NCBI GenBank assembly: GCA_024704765.1
Contig: JAKMXF010000299.1
Location: 1,154,863 to 1,218,862 of the forward strand
Source: Oopsacas minuta
Taxonomy: Eukaryota; Animalia; Porifera
Direction: 5' to 3'
Length of the DNA stretch: 64,000 nucleotides
A program made the translations under genes and the position numbers. The notes beneath the pieces were generated by a model. The model made no database searches. It was not told where the DNA came from and saw only the letters and a list, made by a program, of their open reading frames with translations. Every line of letters begins with the position of its first letter. Position 1 is the first letter of the stretch. Below are positions 1-13,985 of this stretch, piece by piece.

Positions 1-1314
1 CGAACTTCTGTATTGTATCAGAGGCTTATGTGCCCCAAACCATAGATTTGCATAGTTTTGCAAATATACGTGATTTGAACGGTATTTGTCTTATGAAGTT
101 CACCATTTTTATGACTTGATCCAAGACTATTTTCAAATCAACTCCAATCGTCTTAGCAATCAGGGCCTCTCGATACAGAATACAATGAGAAGCGTCAACA
201 CTCGGATTCTCTTGTTTTACAAGTCACACAAATCATTTTAATGATCTGGCCATAGAGGGTGCACCATCAGTGCAAACCCCTACACATGTATCCCATGACA
301 GATTCCAAGAATCCAGATAAGAAGTTAAAGTTTCGAAAATGTCCTGTCCTTTTTGTTGTTTCTGGCAGTTCTTTACAACAAAAAATTTGTTCAATTGTTG
401 CCCATAGTCTATGAAACGAATGAAAGCTAGAAGCTGTGCTTTCCCACTGATATCTATAGATTCATACGCTTGAATTGCGAACTCACAACAGTCCAATTTA
501 TCGATGACATTTGCTTCAATATCATTTGACATGTCGTTAATTCTCCTACTGATAGTATTATCAGAAAGTGGAATCTTATTGGTGTCCTCATAATTACTTG
601 GCATGCAGGTAGAATTAGAGATTCAGCAATTGTGTGAGCCTTCATTTCTTTAGTAACTAGTTCTGCTACTAAATAACTAGCCTCTTAAGCTTTGTCACTA
701 ACTGAAATCTTGATGTTTATAACCTTTGTTCTTCCCTCGGACTCTTGAAATACTCCACATTCTTATGTGCAAGATCGATGTGTTGTGTATCAAAATGTCG
801 CTTTAGTTTTGTTGAAGACATGGAAGAATTTGAGAGCTTTTCTCCACAAACATTGCACTTAGGCAGAGGACATCTAATATCCCCAGTCCAACTAAAACCC
901 ATGGCTAGATAACTATCATAATACTCACGGACTTTGCCTGGTTTACTTTGAATTCCTGTTTCATTGATTCTACTTAAGTTTAGGCCTGTACTTATCTCTT
1001 CATCACTAGAATTAGATAATGGGGGTTTTTAGAAAGGATCCATCTGATTAAAAATCCAACTGAGTTATATTTGACGATAAGAGATGATGTTGGAGGTAAC
1101 AGGTAAGATTATAATGAAGTTAATCTGAATGATGTATGTCCATTATCTAAAAATAACTATTTATATTTTCAAGTTGAGGAAAATCAAAAAGTTAATTGAG
1201 AATACATATATCTAGTATTATATTGATAACAATTTCAAAAGAGATTAAAATAATGCACATTCATCGATATATGAAAGAACCCCCTCCTAAACATTATCCG
1301 GTTGGGAACCACTG
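1..1314 (-). mobile_element. Buster/ZBED8(SCAND3)-like hAT transposon, decayed, runs off the left edge of the window
   Basis: Minus-strand fragments: BED finger (PKCNVCGEKLSNSSMSSTKLKRHF, 717-902), KAHTIAESLILPAC, PLSDNTISRRINDMS and CVGVCTDGAPSM (233-604). Terminus gttgggaaccactg ends at 1314 (reverse complement CAGTGGTTCCCAAC), followed by gtcTAtat, matching the Buster NNNTANNN target pattern. Confidence 0.85.
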
Positions 1315-1677
1315 GTCTATATTATAATCTTGCATCAACTTCGCATGCCTAAAATTCAAATATTAATCATGAGTTGCTTCGCTTTCTCTCGCTGTGCGGC
1401 TTTCGAACACTGTTCGCATGTAACTCGGCACTTTGTACCTTGAATTTTGCAAAGTGAAGCAGTCCGATTAACATGAAAATTAGTATTCACACAAGGAAAG
1501 TAATTATATGCTTTTGAGTATGAAATCTAAATCAATTATTGAACTTATACTGTCAATATTCGTGACTCAACTAGCTAAATCTATTACATTGTTAATTTTA
1601 TTTGACGAATCATTTTAAAATCATTGAAAATCAAATAACTTTTTAGATATTAACAAGTCATTTAATAGTCAATATGG

Positions 1678-1860
1678 CCCACTGAAGGGTACCTGTCGTT
1701 CAAATTTCATACTTCGATCATGTACATTGGCTGAGCAGTGCCAATACTGTGAATTTTCTACAATCCTAAAACGGTGACAATTATCTCATAATTGTGATTT
1801 TTCGTCCAAGACTCGAACTTGACGGAGCCAGGCCAAAAATAGGCCAAAAATCACCTTGAG
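1678..1860. repeat. Interspersed repeat, second diverged copy at about 47425-47590
   Basis: gggtacctgtcgttcaaatttc...gctgagcagtgccaata matches gggtacctgtgattcaaatttc...gctgagcagtggctatt near 47426. Confidence 0.55.
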
Positions 1861-2003
1861 GATCTTACTCTTTTTTCAATTCATTGTGGACATACAAACA
1901 TATTCATACACATACTTTGATTAATCGCTTTTAAATACTATAGATAGATGCACTTGTTAACTTTGTTTGGATCATTATCTCTTTCTAGATTTTCCAATAT
2001 CAA

Positions 2004-4060
2004 ATGGGACTTATCAAAATGTATTCACGCTACACTCAAGGACCAATCCTAGGGTTGATTGCTAGTAGAAGTAGTCCGGTTTTGCTTGTTGAGCTCTATT
2101 TAAATTCGGACACTGTATCAGAAAAGGTTATATTTTGTATCGTGGCTGTGTTGGAGAATATTATCTTTTGGAACGTGAGATTGTCTACTATTCATATGAT
2201 ATTTTATGGTAAGAATTATAATGTGACATCCTTTTGTATTGATGATGCTGAAACATGTTTAGCTGTTGGTTATTCTAATGGAACAATTAAACTATGGAAT
2301 TTAACTTCTTGTAATTCTTTTATCTCTTTTCACGGGCATACGTCAGCAGTTAAGGTGTTAACATTTTCTCCTAATGGATTGCAATTGGCATCTGGTGGGC
2401 TTGATACAAATATTATTCTGTGGGATGTGGTAAATGAAAGCGGACTATTTAGACTGAGAGGCCACAAATCTATGATCACAACAATTGTATTTTTAACCGA
2501 TCATTTTCTTGTATCAACGAGCAAGGATTGTCTCATCAAAGTCTGGAATCTGATTTTTAAGTCTTGCTTTCATACGATCACTGAACATTCTAACGAAATT
2601 TTATCCAATGTCTTAATACAGAATGTTTTCATGATTACTAGTACCAAGGATGGTAGGCTACGTTTATTTCGAAAAATTCCCAATTTGGAACATATTGTTA
2701 GTAAAAAATTTGGAGTAAACGAATATGACCCATTTTCTTTTGTATTCCTAGGACTTATTGAAAGAAAATCAAATTGTCCCGTAATAAAGTTGTTTTATGT
2801 TCATTCATTATCCGTTGTTATTGCACAGAGCGAAAGATCTTTTGATTTTTTTCATTTTACATTGACGACAATTGAACTCCAGTTATGTCAATCATTTTCA
2901 ACTACCCTAAATAATCCTTCTGTTTGTTATGCTTCTGATATTGTCGTTCTTAAAAATACTCTTCGTTTTTCTCATAAAAACGTTTCTGCTTGTCATATAT
3001 ACATTGACATTTTGGGAAGAATCTTGTTTGCATTGAATCTTGGAGATAACCATATCGAAATTTGTAACCTTGAAGCTTCCTTCACCTTTTCTACTCTGTT
3101 TACAATGTCTCATTTCCATAATACTGATGTTCGTTGTTTGTCTTTCAGTTCAGATTCAGAACTACTTGCTGCTGGTTCTTCAGATGGTATTCGAATTTGG
3201 AGTTCCAGCACAGAGCAGTTGTTGACTTTTGTCTGTTTTGCTCAACCTCTTTCTTGTTGTTTTACCCCTGGGGATAGGTATGTCGTTTCTGGTACCAAAT
3301 TTGGAATGGTTCACATAATTGATATCAACCTGTCAACTTTGCTACAATCTATTCACTTCCATTCTGATTCTATCTGGTCTATTGTTTTGCAACCTGGTTT
3401 AGATGTAGTTGCTTCTTGTAGTTCGGATAGATCTTTGAAACTGTTGTCAATTAGTTACAATTCATCTGGTCCTAAATCTGAGAAGGTTTCACTGGAGGAA
3501 CAGTCTTCATACATATTGCCAGAAGAATCTCACTTGATGAAATACAGTCCTGATGGTAAATTTCTTGCCTTGTCCTTACTCGATAATACCATCAAGATCT
3601 TCTTAGTTAGAACAATGATATTATACCTAAATTTATATGGCCACAAGTTACCCGTTCTCGGTTTTGACATATCCCATGATGGAAGCGTACTTGTATCAGG
3701 TTCTGCTGACAAAACGATAAAAATCTGGGGTCTAGATTTTGGCAATTGTCTTCATTCTTTAATTGCTCATGATGATGCAATTATGGGTATTGCTTTCGTC
3801 CCAAACACTCATCTCATTTTTTCTTCAAGTAGAGATGGTCAAATCAAATTATTTGATATTGATGAAAGTGAAGAGATTTTCAAACTTTCTTGCCATCAAG
3901 CTTGTATATGGTGTATGGTTGTCAGTCACGATGGCAATACTTTAGCTACTAGTTCCAATGACATGAGTTTACGATTGTGGAGGAAAAACACCGAGCAAAT
4001 TCATTTCACTGAGGAAAAACAAGAAGAAGAAACTTTCGTAAATGATACTGCACTTGTTAG
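2004..4060 (+). CDS. WDR3: WD-repeat protein 3 (UTP12/DIP2, SSU processome), exon 1
   Basis: N-terminus MGLIKMYSRY resembles MGLTKQYLRY. Contains the hallmark LYGHKLPVLGFDISHDG...SGSADKTIKIWGLDFGNCLHSLIAHDD and many GH...WD repeats. The ORF runs into a consensus donor AG|GTAAGT at 4060/4061 (phase 2). Confidence 0.92.
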
Positions 4061-4917
4061 GTAAGTTCATTCAATATTTATAAACTCCTGATAGAATATT
4101 CATTAGTGTTTTCGCTTACTTGATCGAAAGTGAGCTTGTCAGTTCTTTTCCTCGGATTTATGGGTTAAATTTAATACAAGAACTGACGAGCCTTCTATCG
4201 TTTGGATGATTAACCATTTTACGCCTATATCGCAACATCTTCTGAAAAATATAGAATGTATATATCTAATTAACTTAGTACCACTATTACTTATTACATA
4301 TACTTATGAATATACATAAGTGTATCAATAAACGTGTGGTTGATGACACTAAAATAAAACGAATATTATTCAAACAAATATTCGAACGAATACTTTTGAA
4401 ACTAAGATTATTCAGTATATATATTTCAGTCCTAAATTCAACGTTGCCTATTTTTTGTATTTTTTCAAAGGTTTGGAGATACTTTCCCGCATAACCTTTA
4501 ATCATCACCAGTGATTCTATAGACAAGCGAGGAATTTGTCCACTTGTCCAAGTGTTCAATAATTCACACAACATATCCAGGAATTTACTGGCATAGATTT
4601 TTGGCATAGAAGTGTATTATTTGCCTGCCCCGGAGGTTTTCGAGTCTTGGAACAAAATTAATACATGTGACAGAAATATGACAGTATTGTCACTTTTTGG
4701 ATTTTCCACTGCTATGCCAATATACATGATACAATTTTAACTTTAAACCACAGGTATCCCTCATTATGCCAAATTATCTTACTTTTTGTTATCCATGAAT
4801 TTGGACTAATACAAACTCATCATGTGATTATGACTTCATCATAACTCTACAAAAATTTATATTTTTGCAAATTTCCAGAATTATTGACTTTCCTTAATAC
4901 ACAGATAATGGGGTGCC

Positions 4918-5137
4918 GAGATTACTAGCCAAAAGCCACGCAGGTGCTGAGTTTCACCACCTAAGCTCATTAAATGTATTTTGTATGGGACATAGTGTTT
5001 TTATTAGAGGCACGAATTGCTGAGTATAACCCGTCGTGTAGCGACCTAAAGCACTGAGAAATTTGTTTATTTCATACTTAAGCTCAACCAGAGGCACTAC
5101 GATCTAATGCATCGACCTAGCAAGCGAACCGCGCTGG
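4918..5137 (+). repeat. Dispersed repeat with Helitron-like 3' end, copy A (others at about 8205-8315 and 17225-17468)
   Basis: Copies share cccgtcg(t/c)gtagcgacc, gaggc(a/g)cta and gacctagcaag, and end in CTGG/CTAG followed by T. The Helitron assignment is inferred. Confidence 0.4.
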
Positions 5138-5961
5138 TTCTACATCAATACACTATTTTATCGTTTCTATTGTGTTAATAGTAGCTATAATGTACGAGTG
5201 TGAAGTTAGCTGAATTTTCGACCAGCAGTACTTCAACAATGAATTTGACTAACTTGGTCAGAATGTTAATATATTTGTACCATTCGAAAGAAGATATACG
5301 GAAGTTTCGAAAATGAATTTATATTTTATAAACTTTTATTTTTTCCAATAGAATTAGTCCATCTAACTTGCAGTAGTTCCTATATGAATTTTGTATACTT
5401 AAACAAATTATTTTTCCTGAAATCATTAGCATGGATTTCTGCTGTAGGGACGTTTATGTGTTAAAATATTGTCTTAGAATAGTCAAAACTTTTGGGATAT
5501 TTAGGCTTGAAATCTGGCCTGTTTGAGGCGAGTCTCTATTAGATTTGTACTAAGCCCAAATTTAATGAAACATTATAGTAACGCAATCAGTTTACTGGCA
5601 TCCATGGTCATTACTCTGACTCAAAACCTGCCAACTTTATCATGGCAAATTATAACTATGTTCTACAAAAGGATCTTTACATCATTTCGTGCATTAACTT
5701 TGAAATCGAAGATGCAATGTTTAACGTTCATCTAACAGGGTGCCATTTTCTCCAAAAAGTGCTTAGAAACCAAAGAAATTGAAAGATTTTGTTCTTTTTT
5801 AGTTTGGACATATGGTATTCGACATATCGGTAATACATTTACTTTGGCATAAAGATACTGTTTGTGCTATATGAAACGATTCTATTTTCTACTATATTTA
5901 TACCGTACACTACTTATTCCTAGTTTTAAACTTAGGTTGATGGTGAGCCTTATAAAGAAGG

Positions 5962-6630
5962 CTATGAAATAGCTTTGTTGCTTTAGGACGCTTCTTATTT
6001 CGTTTTCCTTCTCTCTTGGATTAGCGATGATTGCCGATTGGAGGGCGTAGAATATTAATACTTTCGTTTAACAAAGCAGTATTTAAATATACGGAATCAG
6101 CTGTATATTGTAACCTAGCTATACTCACTGCCTTAATTGCCTCTGGCAGTCCTTTAGTTCGTCGTAACATCGCTCCGACTTGAATACAATTTTGTGATAC
6201 CTCAAGTTAAATATACTTCATGATCTTATTCATGAAAACTATTGGAGATCCTGCCACAATTGACATCTGCCACCAAAGGGATCCCCCTTAAGTTTTTAGC
6301 CTAAAGAAGATTTCAAACAATTTTGAATTTATATATATCATAAACAACATATGATAACAAACTATTGTTCTTCTTTCTGCTATACTCATATAATCCTTCA
6401 ACCAATTTTCTCTGTGTGCCACAAGTTTGTGTTTCAATATTTTTGGCCAGGCAGTGTAGTGATTAAAGCTAGGTTAAAATATAAAAGTAAATTCAGCATA
6501 TTTAAGTTGCTGTTTTGTTAAACGAAAATATATATATTCTACGCTCTCCAATCGGTAGTCATCGTGGATCCAAGAGGCAAGAAAACGAAATACGGTGGGT
6601 TGAAAAGCAACAACTCTATTTTTATCAGAG
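5962..6630. repeat. Foldback/MITE-like element with about 140-bp diverged inverted arms
   Basis: tatttcgttttccttctctcttggattagcgatgattgccgattggagggcgtagaatat (about 5997-6056) is the inverse of atattctacgctctccaatcggtagtcatcgtggatccaagaggcaagaaaacgaaata (about 6534-6591). Boundaries are approximate. Confidence 0.7.
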
Positions 6631-7309
6631 TGCTGGATAAGTGTTGTTAAATTCTAATTGAAAAATGTAACCAAAATACATGCACCGTGTTTTGACTCAT
6701 AGCCATCCGTCGTTAGGAAATAGGATAATACGATATATACTGATATCGCAGGGCTACAAAATTGGTGAATGTCAAGTTACCTTTATACTTATGTCTTCTA
6801 GGGTAGTGGTCCGTCAGCAATTAGGGGTATATTACCCAATCTGGGGGTCTCCGGGGTAACGATACATATCCGGAATAATTTGTTTGTTCACAACTTTGTG
6901 CCTAGAAAATCATTCAAGCTAATTTAATTGATAGGATTAAAATATTTACAATATTAATTTAAGAGTGGCCATATATACAGACAGGTCGGTGAAAATTTAA
7001 ACTACAAGAAGCCTAATTACACCCACTGGGCATTTTTAGTAAACCAAAAATGACAATCATGAAGATTTGAATTTTGAGTTTATATATTATGTTTGAGTGG
7101 ATTAGTAGTGATATCTAGTGGTTGATAAGGATATTTTCTCGACACAATTAATATAATTGGGTTAATTCGGGATTTGAGAAAACTTTTAGCCCATTGATCG
7201 GCCGATGCACTGTCACTAACATCACGAAAATATATCTATACTATTAATTCGCAATTATTCTGTATCTATACTCCAACCTAGCTTAATTATTTCAATACCA
7301 CTAAATGTA

Positions 7310-8132
7310 CAGTAACATATCCTGACTATACGGCAAGTATTGGTAATTCATTCTATTATATACCTGAAAGAACTATATGGCTGTGTTGGTTAACATTATC
7401 CTGGCCTAATCCATGAAAATTAGTATAACTAGATATTTTCTAGCAACACTTAGTTCATTAAATAGATAATGAGTTAATTCCATATTCAATTCATAATTGC
7501 ACAAAACTCAAATGAGATGAAACAATTCTGATAGCATATTTCCATTCTACGGCTCTATGTTACCCCAGTGTGAACATTTCGAGAGTTTACAGCAAATATT
7601 ATTAACTTATCAGTAGTTTTTGCATATTTGTGCGCAAGTGGTAAATATCAAGTTTGAATACTCCACTTTGTGTGTGAATAAAAATGTTGCATTAATCGAC
7701 TTATTTCCAACTATACAAATATTTGTAAGTCAGTTTAGATAATCTCAAATGATTTTCATACTATATCCATTATGGTTCCAATATTCTATTTATGTGCCAC
7801 TTCTGCCACTTTTGGCATAAAAATTCAAGTGTTAACAAGTCAACAAGGTGTGCTCTAAATAATTTGAAATATACATAATGAGATAACACAGACCGGTAGA
7901 ATTCAATTAAGCTATCAGAATTGTTCCTTCTCATTTCAGTTTTGTGCAATTGGGAATTGAATATGTAATTAGCTCATTATCTATTTAATGAGCTAAGTGT
8001 TGCTAGAAAATATTAAGTGATACTAATTTTCAGGGATTTCATCAGGATGATCTTAACTAACACAGTCACATAGTTCAGGTATATTATCGTATGGGTATTC
8101 AAAATACGCGGTATAGTCAGGATATGTAACCG
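7310..8132. mobile_element. Non-autonomous foldback/MITE with about 230-260-bp TIRs, TA-flanked
   Basis: Left TA|cagtaacatatcctgactatac; right gtatagtcaggatatgtaaccg|TA. The long inverse match includes aatattttctagcaacacttag.tcattaaatagataatgag.taatt. Confidence 0.8.
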
Positions 8133-8204
8133 TACATATAATTGTGGCTACTATATGTATTTATATATGTTTGTATGTACAGAATTGATTGAAGAAACTG
8201 TAAG

Positions 8205-8315
8205 ATCCCCACGGCTGATTTTTGGCAAAAGCACCAAGAAATTTAGTTGTTTATTACTTAAGCTAACCTGAGGCACTAAACTGTCGCCAAGCGACCTAGC
8301 AAGCGAATCCGCTAG
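8205..8315 (+). repeat. Helitron-like 3' end repeat, copy B
   Basis: tacttaagctaacctgaggcacta...gcgacctagcaagcgaatccgCTAGt matches 5075-5137. Confidence 0.4.
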
Positions 8316-10248
8316 TATACCAAAATCGAGTCTATAGATGTCTTACTAAATTTTCGCTCATAATCTGATTTTACAGCATTATATATTCTGGGAGCCTTTG
8401 CTCAAAGATGAATCTTTCAGTATGGCTTCACCGCAGCAATAATACCATGTATCTACAAGCCACAATGCGTAATCACTTATCTGTAGTCATGTGTTGCGTT
8501 CTCAGTCTCTCATATATCTGGATCTTTCTACAAGAATTTCCATTTATAATTCAAACGCGGAAATGCTAGTATATATTGAATTATCTACAATATATAGTAG
8601 ATTTCAAGTCACTGATAAATTCGCAATTACTAATATACTAACCATGGACGTAGCTCCCCCTAATAATACGTTCTTTCTTTGGGGGCCTTGGAGATATCAC
8701 TCTTGTCATTCTATTTTTGGTATAGCTGTAGTATCAGGATTGTAATGTTTGGGTGATTAAACACCTATAGTTTTTGCTTTGTTTTTATGAATATATGGTA
8801 ACAAATGAAGTGGACAATATATATTCAATGCAAAGATGTACTTCCTGTAGAGAATATATTAGTAAGCATTTCTTTATCGTGTACTACATAGATGCCAAAA
8901 GGTTATCAGTCTAGGTCCAAATATTTTTACAAAAAGGATCAGTGGTCCACAACATATTATTTTCCCTGAATTAATCACTTCTATGAAACTGCAATATACT
9001 ACTAAATTTCCTTCTATGAATCTAATGCCAAAAAGCACATAAGATTCAATAATTATTTACTTGGAATAATAACTAATGTAATACAATCAGTGTGAACATG
9101 AAAGATTTTTTATCTATCATCAAAGCCAACTTGCATTGATGTAGTAGCCACCCTCAAAAGGTTTTCCAGATGTTCTTGATAGAGTCTGTTTCGGTACTTA
9201 TTTTGGCTATAATTGAGATTTGAAATTAGTGATTCACATATGTATGTGAATCCCAACATTGTCTACAGCCTTATACCTAAATCGAATAGTGCAGGGTATT
9301 TCTGATAAGTACATGACCTTGACCAGAACGTTAAAACATCGTTAATATCAGTTTGTTCAGCATGTAGATCACACATCTCAAACTGAATAGTACGAACATC
9401 CACTGTTGGAGCGAAAAATTTGAGTTGGTCTCTTCGCTCTCCTTGCAAATCGGTAGTAATGGATTTGATAACAACTCATTTAATTTATCAATGCAAAAAA
9501 CATAGTTCGAACCTGTTACTGGAATTATTTGACACCATAACAATAGAATCGTGGAATTTTCGATTATCATCTTGCCCTCCATTGCATAAAAACTCTTTGA
9601 GCGTTGTAAAGTGATTAATTTCAATAAGAATATCGCTGAAAATAACGTGATTTTCAAAGTACACGACTTTACGGATTGCAAGAGATCTATTACGGACGCG
9701 CCTTTCCTTGGAGTTTCAAATTCAATGAGTTCATTTGACCCAAAAAGTCAACTAAAAACGCTATGTTGGCTAATGTATATGGACAATGTAGAAAGTTTCT
9801 AAAATTTTGCCAGAACTGATTTCATCGAGAAAGTGCAAAATTTCGTGTCTAAGATCCCGCACACGTGCTAGGGAATTGCTACGGCTGAGCCATCTGGCAT
9901 CATTATGAGTCAATAGATCAGAATAATTTGAATAAAAGATTCCCATTGAATGAATCAAGTGGAGATCTTGATTTGAGGGAATCTATTCATAGCATAGTTT
10001 CATTCATCAGGTCTTTAAACTCATTATTTAGTTTAGCAGTAAGTATTGTCTGGCCCATTATGTAATGAAAATATATTATTTTAGAGTTAAATGACTTTAG
10101 TCTGCTTGTTAATCCTTCCGTACATCCTACCATGCTGGAGCTCCATCCATTACAATTGAGACAATCTTATCTAAAACTAGTTTATGATATTCAAGAAAAG
10201 TGACTAAGGCATTAAATATATCACTGCCTTTAGTGTGACCAGTTGAAC

Positions 10249-13200
10249 CAGGGCTGGACACAAAAGTTAGCTTTCTGGCCGCAGTGAATTTGAGCCGACG
10301 TGGAGGGCCACATAACTAGTGGATGTTTTCTAGTACCATGATAATACAAAAGTAATTTTGCTTTGTCAGTTTATTACAAAAACTAAGCCCATTCTACTCC
10401 CAAAATACACAGTTTTTTACATATTTAATTTGTCAAATTCAGTCATTACTCTTCATAATCCCCCGAAGTCCGTTTCAATGCTTGTGGTAGCAACCCGTAA
10501 ACTTGCTTCCAAATTATGATCACATAAGACACTTCTTTGCTTTGAATTATTAATTTTCATGCAAGAGAAGAGCTGTTCAACTATACAGTCTGTCCGATAA
10601 TTATTTAGAATTTTAAAAATTATATTTCCTGGCGAACTAGGACAGCGATATAACCAATCTTGGTAAATATATAATCTAGAATATTGTGAAATTAATATTG
10701 TATTTTACGTCGTCATTATCTATTACTAATTAACACCTCTTTGGCATTGATCTCCAATAATTTTCTAGAAAATTTCCATTGATATTTTCCCACAAGTCGG
10801 TCAACTCCTTCTTCAGCTGTGGAATATTTTTTGGACCTTTTTTAACAGCTTTTGATTGACCCAAGTAAACAAGTTTTCTATGGGGTTAATGTCTGGACTC
10901 TGACTAGGCCAATTAATCTTCTTATTGGGCATGTTATTCTCCATCCAAGCCTTGGTCATTTTTGCAGTATGCTTGAGATCATTGTCCTGAACTAAGAACA
11001 AATCATCTTGGTGGAATACATGATCTTGGGCAAGCAAATGAACCTCCAATATCTTTGCAAACAATTCTGCATTCAGCATATGTGTGAAGATACACAATGG
11101 AAACGTCCCCATAGAGGAGAAAGCTGCCCATATGTGAATTTTTTTGAGTATGTTTGACTGTGGGTTAAGTCCTCATCATGCCTCATTTGGTCCACATCCG
11201 AATTCTCCCTCCACACAACCAAATTGAGGCCTCATCAGCGAAAATAGCATGCTACCATTTGGTTATCAATGTTATTCCTTGCACATTGAATTCTATAGAG
11301 CCAATTCTTTTCTGATAACAGGGGAACAGGAGTCGGATAAGGCTTGGAATAATCAAGTTTTTTCAAGCAACGACCCATGGCATCTCTTCCTATTTAACTG
11401 AACGCTTAGCTGTTAAATTAGGAATTGAAATCGCAGGATTTATGTTAATGGTCCTAGCAACATATTCCTTTATTTTGGGCCCAAGTGTCCCAGGTCTACC
11501 TGCTTCACTCTTGTGAATAAGAAAAGTTTCAGTTTTTAGACGAGAAATCAAGTTGTAAACTGCTGCAACAGGCACACCCACGATAGAGCTGATTCTTTTG
11601 GAGAGTGTTTCATTCCTACTAAGAGTATTTGAATTTGTTTCCTCTTTGATTCTTGAGACATTTGGACCATAAATAGCTATTTAATGTATAAATAATGTCA
11701 ATGAAATAAAAATCTAAAATAATGATCCATTATCGTTAAGTCATGCTATATTATTTTCACCCAAAGATATTTTGTACATAGCCAATATTCAATTGTTGAA
11801 GTAAACCCCTCTACTAATAGATAGTAATAATAGTACTTCTATCCTTGAATAAATATACCAGGAATGACCAGGAATACAAATCATAGGCTTTTCTAAATAA
11901 TTATCGGACATACTGTATATGTGGACCCAAACAGAGCCATTTGTCTTAAGATGAATCTTCGCATTTCTGGAAATTTTCCTGGGAAAAATTTACAGTAAAA
12001 TGTCTGATAATCGACCTCCAGAAATTTCATTTATAGGTCCCAGGAGTGCTGAAGCTCGATCAATTCCATCTGAAGGGCAGGAGTTACTACCCTCTCAGGG
12101 CCAAAATGTACAGGTGTCCAGAACAGATCTAGTTCTAATTAATTTTCTTTAAATTCCACGAACCTCTCTTTGATTCGAGCCAGCAATAGTCCGATTTGTT
12201 CTCCGTAATAGGAACCATGATTTCCTAATCCTCGTTCAGTTAACTTCGTAAAGTTTGATGAATTTCCGTTCGAGAGCGTTTGAATCCATAACATAAGTTT
12301 GTTTTGCAATGCCTAAATCTTGCCGAACATTATATTAACTAAGTGTCCACGCTCTTGCAGTTCCTTATTTGAATTTTTGAATGACCTGTAATGTCCACTA
12401 AGAATGCAAAATTGCGCAACCAGTCTTGGTCTTCCAGTTGGGGCATAACTTTACCCTTCATCTGCATGAACTCTTTTATTTCTTGAAGCAATTCATATAC
12501 CCTTTCTAGCATTTTTCCCTTACTGAGCCAACGGTCTTCCGTATAGTAAATTACATCCTAGTGGTCTGTTTTTTATTCATCCAAGAACTGACGAAACCAA
12601 CGATGGTTAAGAGAACGTGACTTGATGAAATTTACGGTCTCTATTTTTGGTTGTATTACGTGACTGAATTTAAGAGATTTGACAAAAGGCTTTCTGGTTT
12701 ATGATGCAGTGAAATGTAGTGACATTATCCGGATTTAACAATCGTTTCTGAGCTATTCTTTAATCTTGTGAACAAGACCAAGACGTACGGCAATCATAGC
12801 TTGGGCCCCGTCAGTACTGATACCACACAATTTACTCCAATGTAAGTTGTATGTATTGAAAACCTTTTGAACTTTTCCAAATTTGTCTTCGCCTCGGGTT
12901 GTTCCTTTCATACTCTGTAATGCTAGTAACTCTTCCGTTTCAGTAAAATCTTCATTCACTCCTCTAATAACAATTCCGAGTTCCGCTGTGTCGGATATAT
13001 CAGTACATTCATCGCAAGCAATCTAAAAACTTCCATCTCTCCAATTCGTTGACGAAGCGTTTTAACCACGTCTTTGTTTATATTTTCAATTCGTCTAGTA
13101 ATAGTCCTCCTTGACAAAACACCCTTTCAAATTCTTGTAATTTATCTGGGCACATAATTTTAATGACTTCATCAATGCACTCCTTGATAAGTTCATAATC

Positions 13201-13985
13201 ACTAAAGGACTTAGAATCCCTTGCTATCTTATTGGCAACTGCATAGCTTGCATGCATTGGTTTTTCTCCCGCGTCATGGAATTTCAAAAATACGCTTTTG
13301 TTGTCTCTTAGCTCCTTCTTTAGTGCCTCAATTTTTTTCGTTTTCTCGTCAGCTGAAAGATTGGTTGCTAGACTTTGATGCATCGTTTCGCAATATCGCT
13401 TTAGGTTGAACTCTTTGACACTGCAACTCTATTGCTGCATAATAAGCACAATGATTTATCATTCACATGGACGAAAAAATTTTTCTGTCCATCTTTCCTG
13501 AAACTCTTGGTGTTCTTCAACTATTTTCGTTTCTTGCTCATCTTGGGTTTACACAAAGCTATTTGATTATCAGAGTTTTGGTATAATTACAATATAATCT
13601 GCAGTGTATTTGTAGCAACATGCAAAGAGGAGCCAATGTGTCTATTTAAACTTGACCTTACACCAGAATATGAGAAATCCGAAACCAACGACATTACTAA
13701 ACACTATTGTAATAATAAAAGAAACAAAATATATACTAGTGCACACGTCTATCGAATTTAGGTGTTGAATAATACTTCAAGTGTTATCGCAATTAAATAT
13801 ATACTTGAATTACAAAGCCAATATAGAGAGGTAGGGTTATATGCGGAAGAATAATATATATACTCATCTTAAATCAATGAAGGCTAAAAGTGTCAAAAAT
13901 TTCTTTGGGTGGCATTCACGCCCTTTTCAAACGACCCCGAGGGCCGCATAACTTTAGTGAGCGCGCCGCACTTTGCCCACATATG
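10249..13985 (-). mobile_element. SPIN/GTF2IRD2-like hAT transposon, decayed, containing a Tc1 insertion
   Basis: Fragments ASYAVANKIARDSKSFSDYELIKEC (13078-13383), ELLALQSMKGTTRGED...ISTDGAQAM (12753-12959) and QMELIELQ...FGSTY|VEQLFSCMK. Termini cagggctggacac and ctttgcccacatatg. Degenerate 8-bp TSD agttgaac (10241-10248) / agtcaaac (13986-13993). Confidence 0.8.
10586..11915 (-). mobile_element. Tc1-like (DD34E) element, full length, transposase decayed
   Basis: 25-bp TIRs cagtctgtccgataattatttagaa / ttctaaataattatcggacatactg (24/25 match) with TA TSDs. Motifs VQDNDLKH and WPSQSPDINPIENL, plus an N-terminal HTH with AGRP. Confidence 0.93.

Noticed and set aside
4061-4064. Stop codon ending WDR3 at 686 aa
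   Set aside because: The TAA lies inside a GTAAGT splice donor, and the missing Utp12 domain is found at 39293-39599.
4287-4607. 106-aa minus-strand ORF in intron 1
   Set aside because: No recognisable family, low-complexity AT-rich composition and no supporting splice or context evidence.
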